This document shows, piece by piece, positions 1-47,512 of a DNA stretch of 64,000 nucleotides. Position numbers and translations under genes: made by a program. The DNA is from Lingula anatina (lineage: Eukaryota > Animalia > Brachiopoda), in contig CM120647.1 in assembly GCA_051362555.1 (NCBI GenBank), positions 5,208,001-5,272,000 on the forward strand, read 5' to 3'. The notes under the pieces are model-generated. The model was not told the DNA's origin. It worked only from the letters and a program-made list of their open reading frames with translations, and did no database searches. Every line of letters starts with the position of its first letter. Positions within the stretch are counted from its first letter, which is position 1.

Positions 1-1149
1 ACGGTTAATTAACGAAGTTGGTGCTTTATCCCAGGCTACAAATTATCCATTCAACTGAAGTCTCTCCGGAAGAATTTGAAACCAATAATATTATGGTCTT
101 CTTGACTCTTGCTGCCTGGGCGTCCTCGTATGCTTGCTTAGTGAAAAGATTTAAAAAAGCCGGCAGTGCACGAATCTCAGGTAAAGGCTGTGCAAGGTAA
201 AATCAATTGTGCTAAGGAACACAAAGTAGTTATATGTGATATTTTACAAAGATTGTCCTTCTATGAGCTCCAGCACAACAGTCGCTGCACTCAGTTGTAA
301 ATGTTTATCTACTGAGACTCTTTTGGTAAATGGTGACGCGTTGTTTAACATTAGATTGCAAGCTGCATTCCCCCCCCCCCCCCCCCCCCAGGATGAGATG
401 TCTATCATTTATTTCAATGTGTGGAAAATGGATGCAAAATGTTTTTTTCTCAGAAATTGATGTAGAAGCCTACCGTTGATGGCAGAGCATAGGGGTATTA
501 ATCGACCTTTGCCTTTTTATTTCGATCGCATTAGCATACAGACTTCGACTAATAGGGTTTTTCTACTACAGTAAATGTAATATCTTAAAGGCATATACCT
601 TACTAGTACAATGAAAGATGGATGACTTATATATATATAATTATGTTTTATTTACTCGATATAATAGTCTGGGTATCACTAGGCCAATTTTATTTACTTC
701 AGACAATCTATGCAATTGTAATGTAGTTTTTTCTTCATCTTTTCTGCAAAACTATTGTCTTTAATATGACCTTGCTACAATCGATGGTTTTATTCCTTGA
801 TTCGAGTGACATTATGTCTGTGTGTATCTTAAGCTGCCAGTTAGTCCATGAGCTCCATAACCTCAGTCTTATATAGTTTACAAAAATATTTATTTCCTCT
901 CTAATTAGTTTAAATTTGAAACTGATGTGTCACTCCACGTGTAGACAGGTGTATTACCTAATAACCACACAACTCTCGAAATAATTGATGCATGCAGTTT
1001 ATATTATCTGGTTAGAAATGTGAGAGGTGGTCTTCTCGGCAATTTCTGTCAATCTTCGGAGTGTATTTCGAGAAGCAACTAAGACTTGAGAATTGACAGC
1101 TACAGGTACCTTAGAGAAGATATGGTTCGACTGCTTAGTAACGCAGCTT

Positions 1150-1344
1150 AGTATGGGCTTCTTTCTCTCAGAGGAAACGGACAGTCATTGCCAGGCAATT
1201 CAACATTTATCTTGGAACCGTTAGTAAAGTCCTCCAATTAACGCTTCAGCAGGCCAAACTACTCCAAGACCTCGACCCGTGTGTCCTCACAACAAGAAGG
1301 CAGGGATGCCTTCTCCTTAGGCTGATGCGTGCTGGTCGTAAAAA

Positions 1345-1376
<32 letters not shown>

Positions 1377-1723
1377 AAGTGTCATGATAAGAGGGTAGCA
1401 GAGTGTGATTCAAACGCCCGTTTCGAGGTCTTTTGTGAACAAGAGATAACTGCAAGCCGGTTATTTTGCACGAAGACCAGTAGGGGAACCACCGTTAAAA
1501 GCAGGCTATATGCAGCGTCGTATGCAATGGGCTAGGGTCCAGGTGCGTTTGCAGCCAAATCCCTGGAATCACGTCGTTTTCAGTGATAAGGTCATGTACG
1601 GAGTTTTGGGGTTGACGATCTAATCCGTGCCCGCCGGCATGTACGAGAGGCATATAAGGTTGACTGTATACTGCCTAGGGTGCAAGCAGGGGGTGGTAGC
1701 GTCTCTTTCATGCCGGTGTCCAG

Positions 1724-1766
<43 letters not shown>

Positions 1767-1825
1767 CTAGAAGGCAACCTCAACCAGGATTCCTACAGAG
1801 ACATTCTACAGCAAACGATGACTGG
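1150..1825 (+). mobile_element. Degenerate Tc1/mariner transposase fragment
   Basis: Remnant motifs WNHVVFSD, DCILPRVQAGGGSV and LEGNLNQDSYRDIL, broken by stops and homopolymer runs. Confidence 0.65.
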
Positions 1826-2765
1826 ACAAGCCAGATCCCTTGCAAAAATGCAGTCGATAAAAACCGTCGACAACAGATTTAAGCATTTATTTTGCTGTCG
1901 CTGAAGCACTTGTGTTAGCTCCAAGGGGAATTCTGTAATTACCTGCAGAGACGTATTTCTGCAATCTCGTGTTTCTTGAAGATCAATGAAATGCTACAGT
2001 GTATGCATGATGCTGTACATAACAGTCAGCGCATTTATATAAACAGGTTAATAAGTGGGGTTATTACTGTATTTGTTTTCAAATGCTGTCAAAAACAATT
2101 CCAAGGTCTATAAAAAAGTCCGATAATCATATGATTGTGACGTTTCATCCAAACACTATGAAAATACCAGAAATGGGATTTCTATGACAATCGGAAACAC
2201 CACATACTCTTCAATAGTATACTGTGACCTGAAAGGTGACCGTCATTTTCACAATTAAAACAATTACGACTGATGGAAACACGAGACTTTAAATTCAATA
2301 CTAGTGGACGGTTTATCTATAGTTTATGTGGGTATCCATTTACAGGTAGTTCGAAAACAGCAGACCAATTTTGCCTTAATTTCCTTGACCCGCGTGAGTG
2401 GGTTTTCTAGGGTTTCCCCCGATTGTACGTATCTAATAATGGTGAGTTGGCAAAAAAAAAAAAAAAAAAAAAAAAAACGGTAATAGATAATTAAATAAAT
2501 AAATATACTTTTGTGCCTGGAGTCTTCAAAACTTTCTACTATACAACTTTGGGTATACAGGATCGAAGGAATATAAAACAATATAGAATCATTATCTTTG
2601 CCAAGTCACGTTATAATAAACTGGCAGTCAACCAATGTTATTTATACATATGTTTTATCGCTACTAACTTATTCGCAAGTTGCCTTGGGTCCATTAGCCA
2701 TTCAAGAAGACAATCTATAGAAGAATACTCAATTACTCAAGTTACTCAAGTAGAGCAAGATATTA

Positions 2766-4399
2766 CAGATTTGACATTTAATATGGAATATTTCAGTTTC
2801 GAAGGTATGCCTAGGTAAAAATGCGTTCTCTTTTCCAAAAATCCTATCTCATATTAGATATGTGAATGGAGAAGTGCGTAGTCAGGCGTGTCGCTACCAA
2901 TTAACTGACTGCCAGTCTGTTTAGCTACTGCATTATGTAATATGCAGTGATTTAATTGGGTAGTGCTCCTTTGGACAGGTCAAAGCTTGGCTTTGGCAAA
3001 GCATGGTTCTGTCAAAAATGTATCCACATATCGGCAACTACTGCATAGAAGAATTTGAAATTTTGCATGCAAGCGGTCGGTTTTACAGTGAGTAAAATGG
3101 GCTAAGCAGCGCTTTACAAATGTGTTAATCTGTGGCAGAATGGCGCGAAAAAGACAGACATTGCCAGACACATAATTGTGCCAAAAGAAACTGTTCGCAA
3201 AGTTTTATACAGTAACGCCCAGACTGATGTACCTACACAGAGGTCACATTAACGCCAAGGTACGGGACCCACTGTCTTTCGGCATATGGTGCTGCAACTA
3301 AACAAAAACCACCCAGTCCGCTTCGAACGAGGGGTAAATTGCCACCAAAACGCGTTTTTCAAGGCCCTTAGCGAACAACAAAATGGTTGTTGCAGGTTAG
3401 AATACCAGACGAAGTGCGAGGAATCTCACTGTAAACAGCAAAACACCCTGTCTGTTTCTCTAACGAATTGGGGACCCTGGATGACTCTGGGTTGAACACT
3501 GAAACCGCATGGCTCTCCTTATTGAGGTCAGATTTCACCTGTACCGCTCGACTAATCCACAAAGAGTTTACAGACATCCAGAGGAGGCCAACGACAAGCA
3601 TATGCCGCGTCTAAAGTGACTAAGGTCATAAACAGCGTCATTATTTGGAGTGGATACCACATTGGTGCCAAAACACTAATGATAGTCATCAACGAAAACC
3701 TGAACCAGATCAAATAAAGGAATAATCTGGGAACCACTTGACTATCACTTAATCTAGGGGGAACAGTTTTAGGTTGTACGGTGAGAATGCCGGTTCACAC
3801 AGAGCACTTTTAATAGCAGATAACTTACAGAACCAAGGGAATGAGCAGATCCTTGGTCATCAAAATCGCCATATTTGAACCACACAGACAGTATGTGGGT
3901 AGGCCATTACTCGCCGATTCAACGGCCTGCATGTCCTACAACAAAACTGGACTAAATTGGGCAGATTTTGACCGATGCCTGGGATGTTATTCCAGATTGA
4001 ACTCTAAAAACCTATGCCAAGGGATGCCTTGCCGCTTGAGAGCGCTGGTAGCAGCCAGAACATGTTAGGCGTAACAGCGACCGTTACTGTGACTAGACAC
4101 TAATATGAGGGTCCTTTGTGGAGCGTGACACTCTTTTACAGACGATAATTTGGTAATTATAGAGATCCAAAATGTCTCTTTTAATGGTTGTCGTATGGCA
4201 TAGAAAAGGGAATGTATTTTTGCTTGCTTCTATGGCGAAATTCAGTTAATTAACTGATGTCACAATGACATCAAAAAGATAATTAAAAGTTATTAAAACA
4301 CGATTTTAATCCCCATTTTCATTTATCAGTCAGCAAAATAGGAAAAAAAATGATGAAAAATGACTTGGAAAAAATATTCCATATTAAATGTCAAGTCTG
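2766..4399 (+). mobile_element. Tc1/mariner element, family A, full-length but decayed
   Basis: TIR CAGA(T/C)TTGACATTTAATATGGAA at both ends, TA TSD, decayed HTH and DDE remnants (SKSPYLN, GMPCRLRALVAAR). Confidence 0.85.
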
Positions 4400-4509
4400 T
4401 ACTTCTTGGTGACACGCAATATCAAATATAATGTATACTCTGCACTCTTCTCTATATTGCTATAGACACTACAAATATAATGTTTCGGTGGTTCTTTTTT
4501 CTTTCATTG

Positions 4510-5862
4510 CGGTAAGCACCTAATTGGCTCATTTTTGGTTTTCTGGATATGGTTTTAGAAATAATTAATATTTTCTTTCTGTACCACCCGAAGTCCTGCT
4601 GTCGCTTTAAGTCACAACTGTTTAGCACCTTAAAATAGGGCAATACCGGTTAACTAAAAGCTCGATCAGCGGCATACACTTTCACTATATTTTGGAACAT
4701 TTAGAACGAAGAAATACAAAGGAAGTTACCCCGTACACGCATACTGTTACTTTTGTGGTGGAAGCGGCAGCATTATCTACCTCTGGCTAGGAGTTCAACT
4801 CTCTTGATGTACATGTATGTAGGCCCTGTATAACTGCGTACCCTTGTGTAAAATGAACGTAACACTGACGTTTCTTTTGAGAACTTTTAATACTGATGGG
4901 TCAAAAATATCGTAAATTAATGTCTATATGTCAACGATAATTGAGCATTCGGGAAATATTTAAGAATGTTAGAAATTGTATTTTTTATTATTATTTTTTA
5001 TTTATTTATTTATTTTTTTGGTACGAAGGGATAAACATAGCTACATGTGTGTACAATTTACTCGATCGAAAGGATAATTTGCATAGTGTGGTTTACCTGT
5101 ATATTCAGCTAAATGAATTTGTGGATACAAAATAAAACTTATGGACTGGGGAAAAATTAAAGGTGTTAATATCGAAAACAACCAATCATTTTATGCAGCA
5201 AGATAGAGCATGTTTTGAACAAAATGTAGCATAGTGCACGAAACATTACCCATTATACCATCACTTCATTTAGTGCATTTCCTCTAATTTAGTTCAATTC
5301 ATGTAAGTTATGTGTAGTGAGATTAGAGGTAATATCAAAAGCATATAGTTTGTGATAAATAAACAAAAAAAAAAAAAAAAGATGTCAGAAATGCATGTTG
5401 CATCATAGTGTAAATAAGACAAAGGTAGCATGCATAGTAGCTTAAGCGCACAGTTTATCTGCCATGATGATAATGTAGAATGTGCACCTTACACGTGAAG
5501 TGCGGTCAAGAGTTGCGAAACCAAAATGACCCTGGCGTTACATCCAAGAGTTATAAAATATCAGAAATGAATTTATATTATATTCATATTTTACGAGAAA
5601 CTTAAAAACCACGTCCTGTGCTTTAGAGTAAATTATAGTGTGGGATAGAGCGTGACTGTTATTTTTATCATTAAAACAACGACTAATGGAAACACACAAC
5701 TCTATAATGGATGATTGGTATTTTATACGGGTGCTCTTAATTCGAAAAACAGCAGGCAACTCAAAGATCATGATTGACTCTGAGTTACCTTGATCTGCAG
5801 TAGCAGGACCGTTAGTGTTCTCTCAGGATCCCTGTAACATTACGCAGCATTTTACTCGAACA
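4510..5862 (+). repeat. Segmental duplication block, direct copy at 56542-57881
   Basis: Long near-identical stretches, e.g. ACTAAAAGCTCGATCAGCGGC...GCAGTAGCAGGACCGTTAGT. Confidence 0.9.
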
Positions 5863-6466
5863 TTAAAAAATCAGCACTGCTTTAAACTCAAGTGAAAGTT
5901 GGGCAACAAAGCGCTCTACCACAACGGCCGGGACACAATAATAAAATATAACTATAGAGGCATGGTTTGAGTTCGTTTGGTTAATGATGAACATCGCATT
6001 TGATATATGACTGCAAGCTGCAGTAAGAAAGTTAAATGAATTCAGAGTTGCAATATATTTTAAGACATATGTGTGTATAGAACAAAAATCCAAGAATGTC
6101 TCAATTTATATTCAAAATAAAATCACGCAAAGGGAACGTTTATGTCCCGTATAACTCAAGGGGCTTTGCGTCGTGGCTTATAATAGTTAACGTATGTTCC
6201 CACTACCCTCCCAAAAAATTCATTTTGTTTAATTACTTGGTGCAGTAGAAAACATCGCATCTTCCCTTTTTTTACTTTCAGTGACAAGCAAACTTAAGTC
6301 TCTCAAAAGCAATTAACTGCTCTATATAGAAGATTATTATATTATTTTACAACGTTATACTTGTGGGAGTTGAATAAAAAAACAGTGATGATTACATTTT
6401 TAAGTGAATAAAACGTTTCACAGCTGAACGTTTTGCATTTGTGACAGTAATGTATGTTCCGTTTTG

Positions 6467-6508
<42 letters not shown>

Positions 6509-7805
6509 GTTTCCAAGAGAGTGGAACTTTGATACAGACGTCTTCATGTGGGAGCCTAAATTAATGAGACATTTGCAATCTGTGCATTTAAAGGACAATA
6601 GACACATAAAAATTCATTTCTCGAATTTTGAAGAATCAGCACTCAATCTATACACTAGAGGTATGTTTTAATCGATCCCCGCCGTTTAAAAATTATAAAA
6701 ACAATCTATTAGTAGAAAAAATACGTTTTAGTGAACCTCACCTCAATATGCATGAATAATACAACATATTTGGGTCACGTGATACTGTGACGACAATGAG
6801 GATAAAGGTCTATGAGACTGAGCTGCATGGTGCATACAGACAAAATAGTTGAAAGGACAGTTGTGTTGAAGGGAGTTGAGTTTTCGTTATGTCTCAGTGT
6901 GTTGCCGTGGGATTCACCAAAATTGCAGCACTCCTTGACAATCTTTCTTTGTCTGTGACTGTCTACCGTGACTTACTCACTAACTTCGGTGACAATAGTT
7001 GCGATGCTCGAGATCTCGGTCACCTGAGGTGTTTTAGATCGTTTCAAAAACTGATAGTCTTTTATATTAACTGTCATCAGTTGGCAAGCTTACTAATTGC
7101 TGATGCATTTTAAATGCATTGTAGTTGACCAAGAGTTCCTTAACAATAACACATGTTAATTATGCACCGCTGCAATTCCCAAGCCAGGTAATGACAGGTA
7201 TCAAACTCGTCATGGTGTGCTTTCATATTTTTCAATATATCTCATTTATTTCATGGGGTTAATTTATTGGTATTTGTAAATGATGTTAAATAACAATATT
7301 TAATCAATTAACTTCAAACACGGTCGAGAACATTAATAAAAGAAATTGCTCACAAGGTATCTTGAAGCATGCGTATGCCCAGGTATTACTTCCGTGGAAG
7401 AAAACGTGTTGAGGAAAGAACAGGATAAAGAGCGTTATATTAAAGAAAAAATGGGAACTGCTGTAATAAAGTGGTTCGTAATTCTAATTCGTTTATGCTT
7501 TGAGGATTTGTTTCTGAAGGTTATTTCATCTGAAATATTAAATAATTTAAAAGATTTATCATTTTATAACTTGAAATGCAAGTTCTGCGTCTGTACGCAA
7601 AACTTTTTGCAAATTTGTTAGCTTTGTCAAACCCAAAAACATGTAGCAGATCAAGGTTAAAGAGCATTGTTTGCTACTAGTAGCATGGAAAAAAATCATT
7701 TATTTAATGTGATTACTAAATGTGCAGTTATACGTACGTTAGTATATTTTAAATTATGCATGGATTGAACCTGGTAAGGGTTATAAGAAAGCCACAAACG
7801 GATTT

Positions 7806-10505
7806 TTATAATAATAATATGTATTTATTTGCAACTTAAAAAATTGGATTTCACAATAAAAACAAATAGTCGTGAGATTCACAATCTTAAAATATACTTG
7901 TAAGTGTTAAAATGATTTGATACACATTAAAAGTTCATAAAAACCTCAGTTCTTAAAATTTGTGATAAAAGTTTTTGACGATCGTACAGTCCTCAGTTTT
8001 GGCACAGTGTACTTACAAACCCGGCGCAAAGTGTAGGAACTTTCATTTATCTCTGGTAGAAAATGATGGATTCTGTAGAGAGTACATGTTGTGCAATGCA
8101 TCTCTTCTACAAGCAAGAGTCCAGTTTGAAATAATTCATGGAATACCTAATTCAGACAGTTTTTGATAAAGCAAGGTGTGGTCTATTCTATCGAATGCTT
8201 TGGTATAATCGACCAAAAGCATTCTGGCATATTGTCCTAGAGTGTCAGTCTGCCTTGAAATAAGGTCAATAGCTTTGATCAGAGCGTATGTCGTACAGTT
8301 CCCCTTCATGCTGCCGAACTGCCTAAGGTCAATCTTATTGGTCACAATGTCCCAAATCCATTTAACAATAAAACCCTCCAATAACTTAGAGAGCACTGGA
8401 GTTAGAGATATGGGTCTAATGTCTGTCTCTATGGTCTTTGGAGGAATGCACTTAGGTAGTGGTGACACATATGCATGTTTCCAGAGTGGTGGGACATATC
8501 CTTCACGAACTGATGAGTTGAATATAGCACATACTGGGGCAGCTAGGTACTCTGCTAGGTCATGTAGGATCCAGTTTGGAATTTCGTCGGGACCTGTGGA
8601 CTTGTGTACGTTTACCTGGATCAAGGCTTTTTCGACATCTTGTTTTGTGAAGATATATGTGGCTGGTACAGGGTCTGCTGCTTCCACGTGTTTCGGTTCA
8701 AGTGGCACAAAGTCATTCGTGACAGATTGAAAGGAAGTGTTTATTTTCTGGGCTAATAAGCTGAAATCACCATTGCACTCACTGTTAGCCAAGCCCAGTA
8801 AGGAATTATTTTGTGTTGTTTGCCCTGTAAGCAAGTTAATGTCTTTCCACCACTGCCTTGATGTACCGTCAGACATGTCTTTCAGTTTTCCTTCATAGAA
8901 GCTTTTCCGCAGAGTTTTGGTACATGTAAGTCTGTTTACTCTGTTTCTGTAATGTTTGTAGAGGTTAGTCTGATTTCCCATCCAAGCACGTTGTCTCTTC
9001 TTAATTAAGTCCCTAAACTGATCATTGACCCTTGGCTTTTCATTGTTCATCTTTTGCACTGACTTTATTGGTAGGTGCTCATTTAGCAGACTAGTGATAG
9101 TCGACTGGAAGATAGTAAACTGTGATTCACATGTTACCATACTGTAGAGTGGCCGCCAGTCAACTTTACTTAGAGCTTCAGCAAACAATGCTTTCTCATT
9201 CTTTCCAGATATTCTCTTTTCAATTCGGATTTTTTTCTGATTGAACAAAGCCGCCTCCCGTGGATGGTAAGCAAAGCACAGTATTGTGGTCTGAGCTTCC
9301 AAGTGGACATAAAATTTGTGGTTCGCTGAACAAATTTCCCATGTTGGTGTATATTTTATCCAAAATTGCATTTTTCCGTGTGCCTTCATTCACAATCTGT
9401 TTTAGATTATAACTGTTTTTAAACTGAGAGTACTTCAGTGTGTTAAAGTCACCGGTCAGGATGATGCCTGCATTGGGATCCTTGCCTGGTATTTGATCAA
9501 GGCTCGCAAATATATGATTCACTGTAGTTTTGTTTTTTTTTTTTCGGGTTGGTGATATATCACCCCTACAGCTATGCAACTAAACTGTCGAGGTATTTTT
9601 TTGGCCTGATTGTCATCCATGTAGATTCAGTATTATCGTCTCTCAATGAATGCCACACTTTACAAGGTACCGATTCCTTAACATACCAGGCCACCCCTCC
9701 ACTTTTTTTCTCTTTACGGTCCCGGCGTGCACAGATGTATCCAGGCATATGAAGGTGACTGTCTGGGACTTCTTGGGAAGCCCATGTCTCTGATACACAG
9801 CAGATGTCTACATCATACTGATTTAATGTAACGTATAGATCGTCAACTTTATTCAATAGCGAGCGTGCATTTGTATTTAGCAGAGCAGGTATATCCCATT
9901 GAATAGGGTTGAAGACAGTTACTAGATTTGCTGGATTGGGACCAGGGATATTTTTTGCCATGCTGTCTCTTTTTTTTATGATCCGCTTGTACTGTGAGTA
10001 TTTTCCTCCTGTGATGTACTCCACCACGGTTGCCTCTATGTTTCCTAATGATGTTCACTGTTCTCAAAAGTGACATAACATTGTCAAGCAAAATGAATTT
10101 CCCCTGGAGCCGAATGTCAATTAATTGCTGTCTTTCATACCTGTATACCTGTGCAGAGCTGGGCACAATAGTAGCTGTCCTGTGGCACATTCAAATAATC
10201 TAATATAATTGTCTCTTTTGTTGAAACTTAAGTAACAAGGTAAGTGACGAGTGGTATAAATTCTCAGGTTGTAGCCTGGAGTGAAGTCAATGATTTCACA
10301 TGTAGAAGGTGCACAACACATATCCTCAAATTTCACAAATGTCAAAACTGTATCAACCTTTTCCACTGTCCACATGTGGTCCTGGTGCATTCATTAAACC
10401 ACTTCACAAGTATCAACAGTAAAAACTGCATAAACACTATTAAAATAGGCAGAAAATATATGAGAGCTACATACAGCCTGTCTGCTCAGAAGTGTGGCGC
10501 CACCT
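7806..10505 (-). mobile_element. Non-LTR retrotransposon (L2/CR1-group LINE), APE + RT, frameshifted and internally deleted
   Basis: Endonuclease motifs NTNARSL, VSETW, GGVAWY, GDFN, SDH; RT motifs GPDEIP, RPISLT, QFG, DYTKAFD; AATAAA and (ATT)n tail near 7810-7830. Confidence 0.9.
8136..9389 (-). pseudogene. Truncated LINE reverse transcriptase ORF (417 aa)
   Basis: ORF track; stops after DYTKAFDRIDH, lacks PQG and YxDD. Confidence 0.85.
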
Positions 10506-12457
10506 TATTTAAAGAATGTTGGCTGTAAAAAAGATCACTACTGATAACTTAGTTCATTGTATATAACTTAGTATATTATGCAAAGCGGGAGATACCCAAT
10601 TCTTTTAAGTACGAAGCTACACCTTTTTTTAAATATTGATTTAAATCCCCTCTTCCAAAAATTGTATTTTAACACCGTGCTTAAAAGATCTACTCAAGAA
10701 AAGAATTTGCTTGGGTAAAATTGAGTACGGTTTGAACTGGAGACACTTGGGTTGTCAATAAGTTTTCACGAAAATATGTCAGATACATGTATCTTTATAG
10801 TGTCCTTGAAAGAGTAAAGAGTAAAGAGTAAAGATTGAAATATAATTTTAGACAAACTTTGACTGGGTAAATATCCACAAAGAGTAAAGGGCTATTGCGC
10901 CAACATCTTGTTGAAAAATTTACACTGTAATTCTTTTTAAATAAGCTAAGGAAATTATTGCCAAATTTAGACTTTCATTACATAACAGGGGCGTAACCAG
11001 ACCTGCAAAAATTGTACGCACAGATTAAAAAAAAAATTACAAGCACGTACAGCAAAATGTAGGCATATGCAAAACATGAATGACAGCATAATCACAGCAA
11101 ATATAACTCATATAGTAGCTTAATTTCCATTAATAATAAAATCATCATTTAAGGCAAAAATATTCCCGCGATTTAATAAATGTTCTAATTTACCCAAAAC
11201 GGTATATTTATTTAAAAGGAGGCTAACTAAGCTGGATCAAGTCCGTGTTAATATTCCCATGAATCCTTCCTTTGTTTCTCTAGCTCCTCGATAAACAAGG
11301 TGTTCATATTTTATCTAGAACCCCCAGGTCTGCGGGAGCTGCTCTTTGAAACTAACGCACAGGTAGATTTTTACCTGAGATAAATATCGCCAGCGAGAGT
11401 GTGTTCGATACTCGCAAGACAGAGGCTACAGGAAAATTGAATGCCATTTAACCCTCTAATTAAGAGGTAAAGGAAGTTCCAGTTAGATGGATGATTAAGA
11501 TAGGACTTGTAAAGGTTTACCTCAGTTTAATAAAAAGTATACAAGACGGGGTGTCAGCGGTTTAATAAAATAAATTGAATTTTACAAATAACATGGACCT
11601 CATATGCAATAATCAACATTACCCTTAACTCATTCAAATGCAGTGTTTTATACAACTTGGGATAACCATAATTCAATGCTTGTTAGGAATTAACTAGACG
11701 GGAAATGGTTTTACACAGCTTCCTAAGGATTTAGACCCCTCGGGTAAGATATTTGAATGAGTATAAACTTTTATCAGAAGCCGGAAAGTCATCTTACAGG
11801 TAGACAATGCAGCTCAGTTTGACAGCTAAGCACGCTCTGTTATCCGGTGGCACGATTGTCGTCATCGGACCACGTGACCACGTAGCTCATTAACTCCCAG
11901 GCCGAGCAAAAAGGACGTTTTTTTAAAGCCAAAAATTTACTCAATGAGCTTTTAATTTGTGTATTTGGATGAAGATATCGTTAGTTGGGCATGTTTTCTG
12001 AATAATATGTTTCGTTCAGGCCATTCTGGCGGTGTGTTCATTGTCCTTTAGTATTTGAAAAAGCATGCATGTGACCTCAATTGCGCCTCTATATCGAATT
12101 TGGGTGCTAAGAGTCAGTATGTTTTCGCGCATCTAAACTATACCAATCAGTCCATAAGCTGAGCCTTAACGTCTACTTCCTTTAGCAAAACAGATCAAGA
12201 GAATTTAAACTCATGAAAATGGAAATGGTTTGAAACAACTTCTAGTCATTCTGTTGATAAAGTTGACCACCTGACGCTTAAAAAAAAAATAAAATACTAA
12301 TTTATCATTTTTTGAGATAATGGACGCTGACATCAATTGTTGCCTTTTTGGTTGGTTTGAAAATTGATTATATTCTGGTGTTGTTGGTGACAAAAGATAA
12401 CAAAAAAAGGCCGTACGGTTTTTTTTTAAATGAATTCCAAGATGGATATTACTAAAG

Positions 12458-12460
<3 letters not shown>

Positions 12461-12512
<52 letters not shown>
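12461..12512. repeat. (TAA)n microsatellite
   Basis: Direct. Confidence 0.9.
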
Positions 12513-14223
12513 TTTATTAACGCATCACGTTAAAAAAACACCCTACTAAGGGTTATGAGAGAGTAGAACATGTGATACTACATTTAAAATTCATAAAGTT
12601 CTTTAAAAGTATTACTTATCAATAAAACACATGTAAAGTACATCATATATAATTTTTTTCAAACCCTCTATTTGTTGTAAGCTTTGCTTTTTTTTCCACA
12701 TCATTGTGTGTACTTACTTTTTTGGCTGTATAAAATTATATTTGGTCGTTTTGCATAAAAAATATGAACTGTCCATAGTCATTAAAAGCATAAAATGTTC
12801 GTCGCCTTTGATTTGCAAGGTTAAAAAGTTCTCCTCTAATGTTTTTTATAGAGCTCGCAGTTTATTAAAGATGTTCCTCACACTCTATTTCGTTTGAAGA
12901 TCAATTAATGCGTAGGCGCTCATAAGTGGCGTATTATAGTAACACACGTTTTCCAATCTGAGGGGTACGTTTCCACAGCGGAGTGAAGTTCGTCGGAGTG
13001 AAGTTGTTTACGCACACCGAGAAAGGATTTTCCAGCTCTAGCTTGTAACGAGGCTAAACTGATGCTCATTAGTTAAGCAACAATTTGTATTCCTTAATTT
13101 TCGCATACTAGTTCATCCATTGAAAACATTGAAGGCTACTTAGTCATCCTGTGGATTTCCACGGGTACAGGCATGACTGGTCAAGCCAAATCGCCTGTAA
13201 AAATGCGTTTGAGTAAAATTTCAATTTTTAGCCTGCCTCTGAAATGCTTGTGTAAGCTCCAACAGGCTGTGATAATTTTTTGCAACCTCGTGTTTCTCGA
13301 AGACGTTATAGGATCACTCAAATGCTATAGTCCGTGTATACTTGCTGCTGTCACAGTGTGCTAATTATATAAACATGTGTACTTTCCCACGACGAAGTTT
13401 AATAAATGGGTGGGGAAATAATGTATTTATTTACAAGTGTTGTCAAAGGCGACTCGTTAAAAGTTCTGTTAAAGATCCAAAAACTATTTGACTGTGACGT
13501 TACATCCAAGCACTATGAAAATACCAGAAATGAATTTATATGACGAAAAAATGTGCCCGTCATTTTTAAAATTAAAACAATGACTAATGGAAACGCACAG
13601 CTTTAAAACCAATACTAGTTGACGGTTTATTTGAATTTTATGCGGATATCTATTTACAGGTGGTTCGAATACCGCAGACCAATCCACGCTAATAATTCAG
13701 TCTTAATTTCCTGATTTTCTGGAGTTCCCACACCAAGTTGTTTGCGATAATAAAACCATGGCTATATATTTTTAATGACCTAAATATTCTTATATGTTGC
13801 ATATAAATAAAACAATCCTTAGCTATTCATACACTATTATTTTTAATCAGATAATACATGCATTTGCATTTGTTTAATAAGTTTTCGTGACCTGATCTTT
13901 ATACCCGTAGAACTAAAACTTTCTTGGAACAATACAAATTAAGACACCATGGTTCTTTAGCCTCCTTTGGCACCAACAGAATTTGTTTCAAAATTTTAAT
14001 ATACGTTGAATAAGCAAAAATACATTCATTTACAAACCACTTCAACAATAGCACAGCACCGGATGAAACACGTTAAGGTTGATAAAGGAGCCGGTTTTAT
14101 ACAAACACTTTCTTTTGGATTTTTTTAGATGTTTTGATAACGATTGTTTACAGGGTATATGTCAAGGAAAGTTCATTTCTACATTAAGATATTAAGAAGG
14201 CACTGCATACAGACAGCTTTAGC

Positions 14224-14225
<2 letters not shown>

Positions 14226-14308
<83 letters not shown>
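14226..14308. repeat. (TA)n microsatellite
   Basis: Direct. Confidence 0.95.
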
Positions 14309-14313
<5 letters not shown>

Positions 14314-14461
14314 TTATCTATTTTCTTTATTTTTTTACAATACTTGTCCAAATTGGAAAAAAAATCCCATTGATCGATTTTTTTATTTTGAAGAGCGAAT
14401 CTAACTGTTAATCCAGATTTATGAATTACTATCACTGTTCTTTTTTTGTGTTGCAGAATCG

Positions 14462-47387
<32,926 letters not shown>

Positions 47388-47512
47388 ATGGTAAGTGTTT
47401 ATGGAAATAGAGTTTCGTATATCTCTTGGAACCTTTGGTCTCCTTTAATGATATATTGCATTTGAAATCCAAGCTGAAGTATTTATCAAATGCATTTTTT
47501 TTATATTTGCAG

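Larger units (their letters stand above)
6592..12047 (+). mobile_element. Kolobok-like DNA transposon with decayed THAP start, carrying a nested LINE
   Basis: TTAA|AGGACAAT...ATTGTCCT|TTAG termini; empty TTAA site in the paralogous block near 59645; MSQCVAVG at 6889 resembles a THAP N-terminus; subterminal CACGTGA motifs. Confidence 0.6.

Noticed and set aside
8242-8730. 162-aa + strand ORF
   Set aside because: Antisense shadow of the LINE RT ORF.
10986-11025. CAGGGGCGTAACCAG hAT-MITE-like left end
   Set aside because: No matching right end or 8-bp TSD found.
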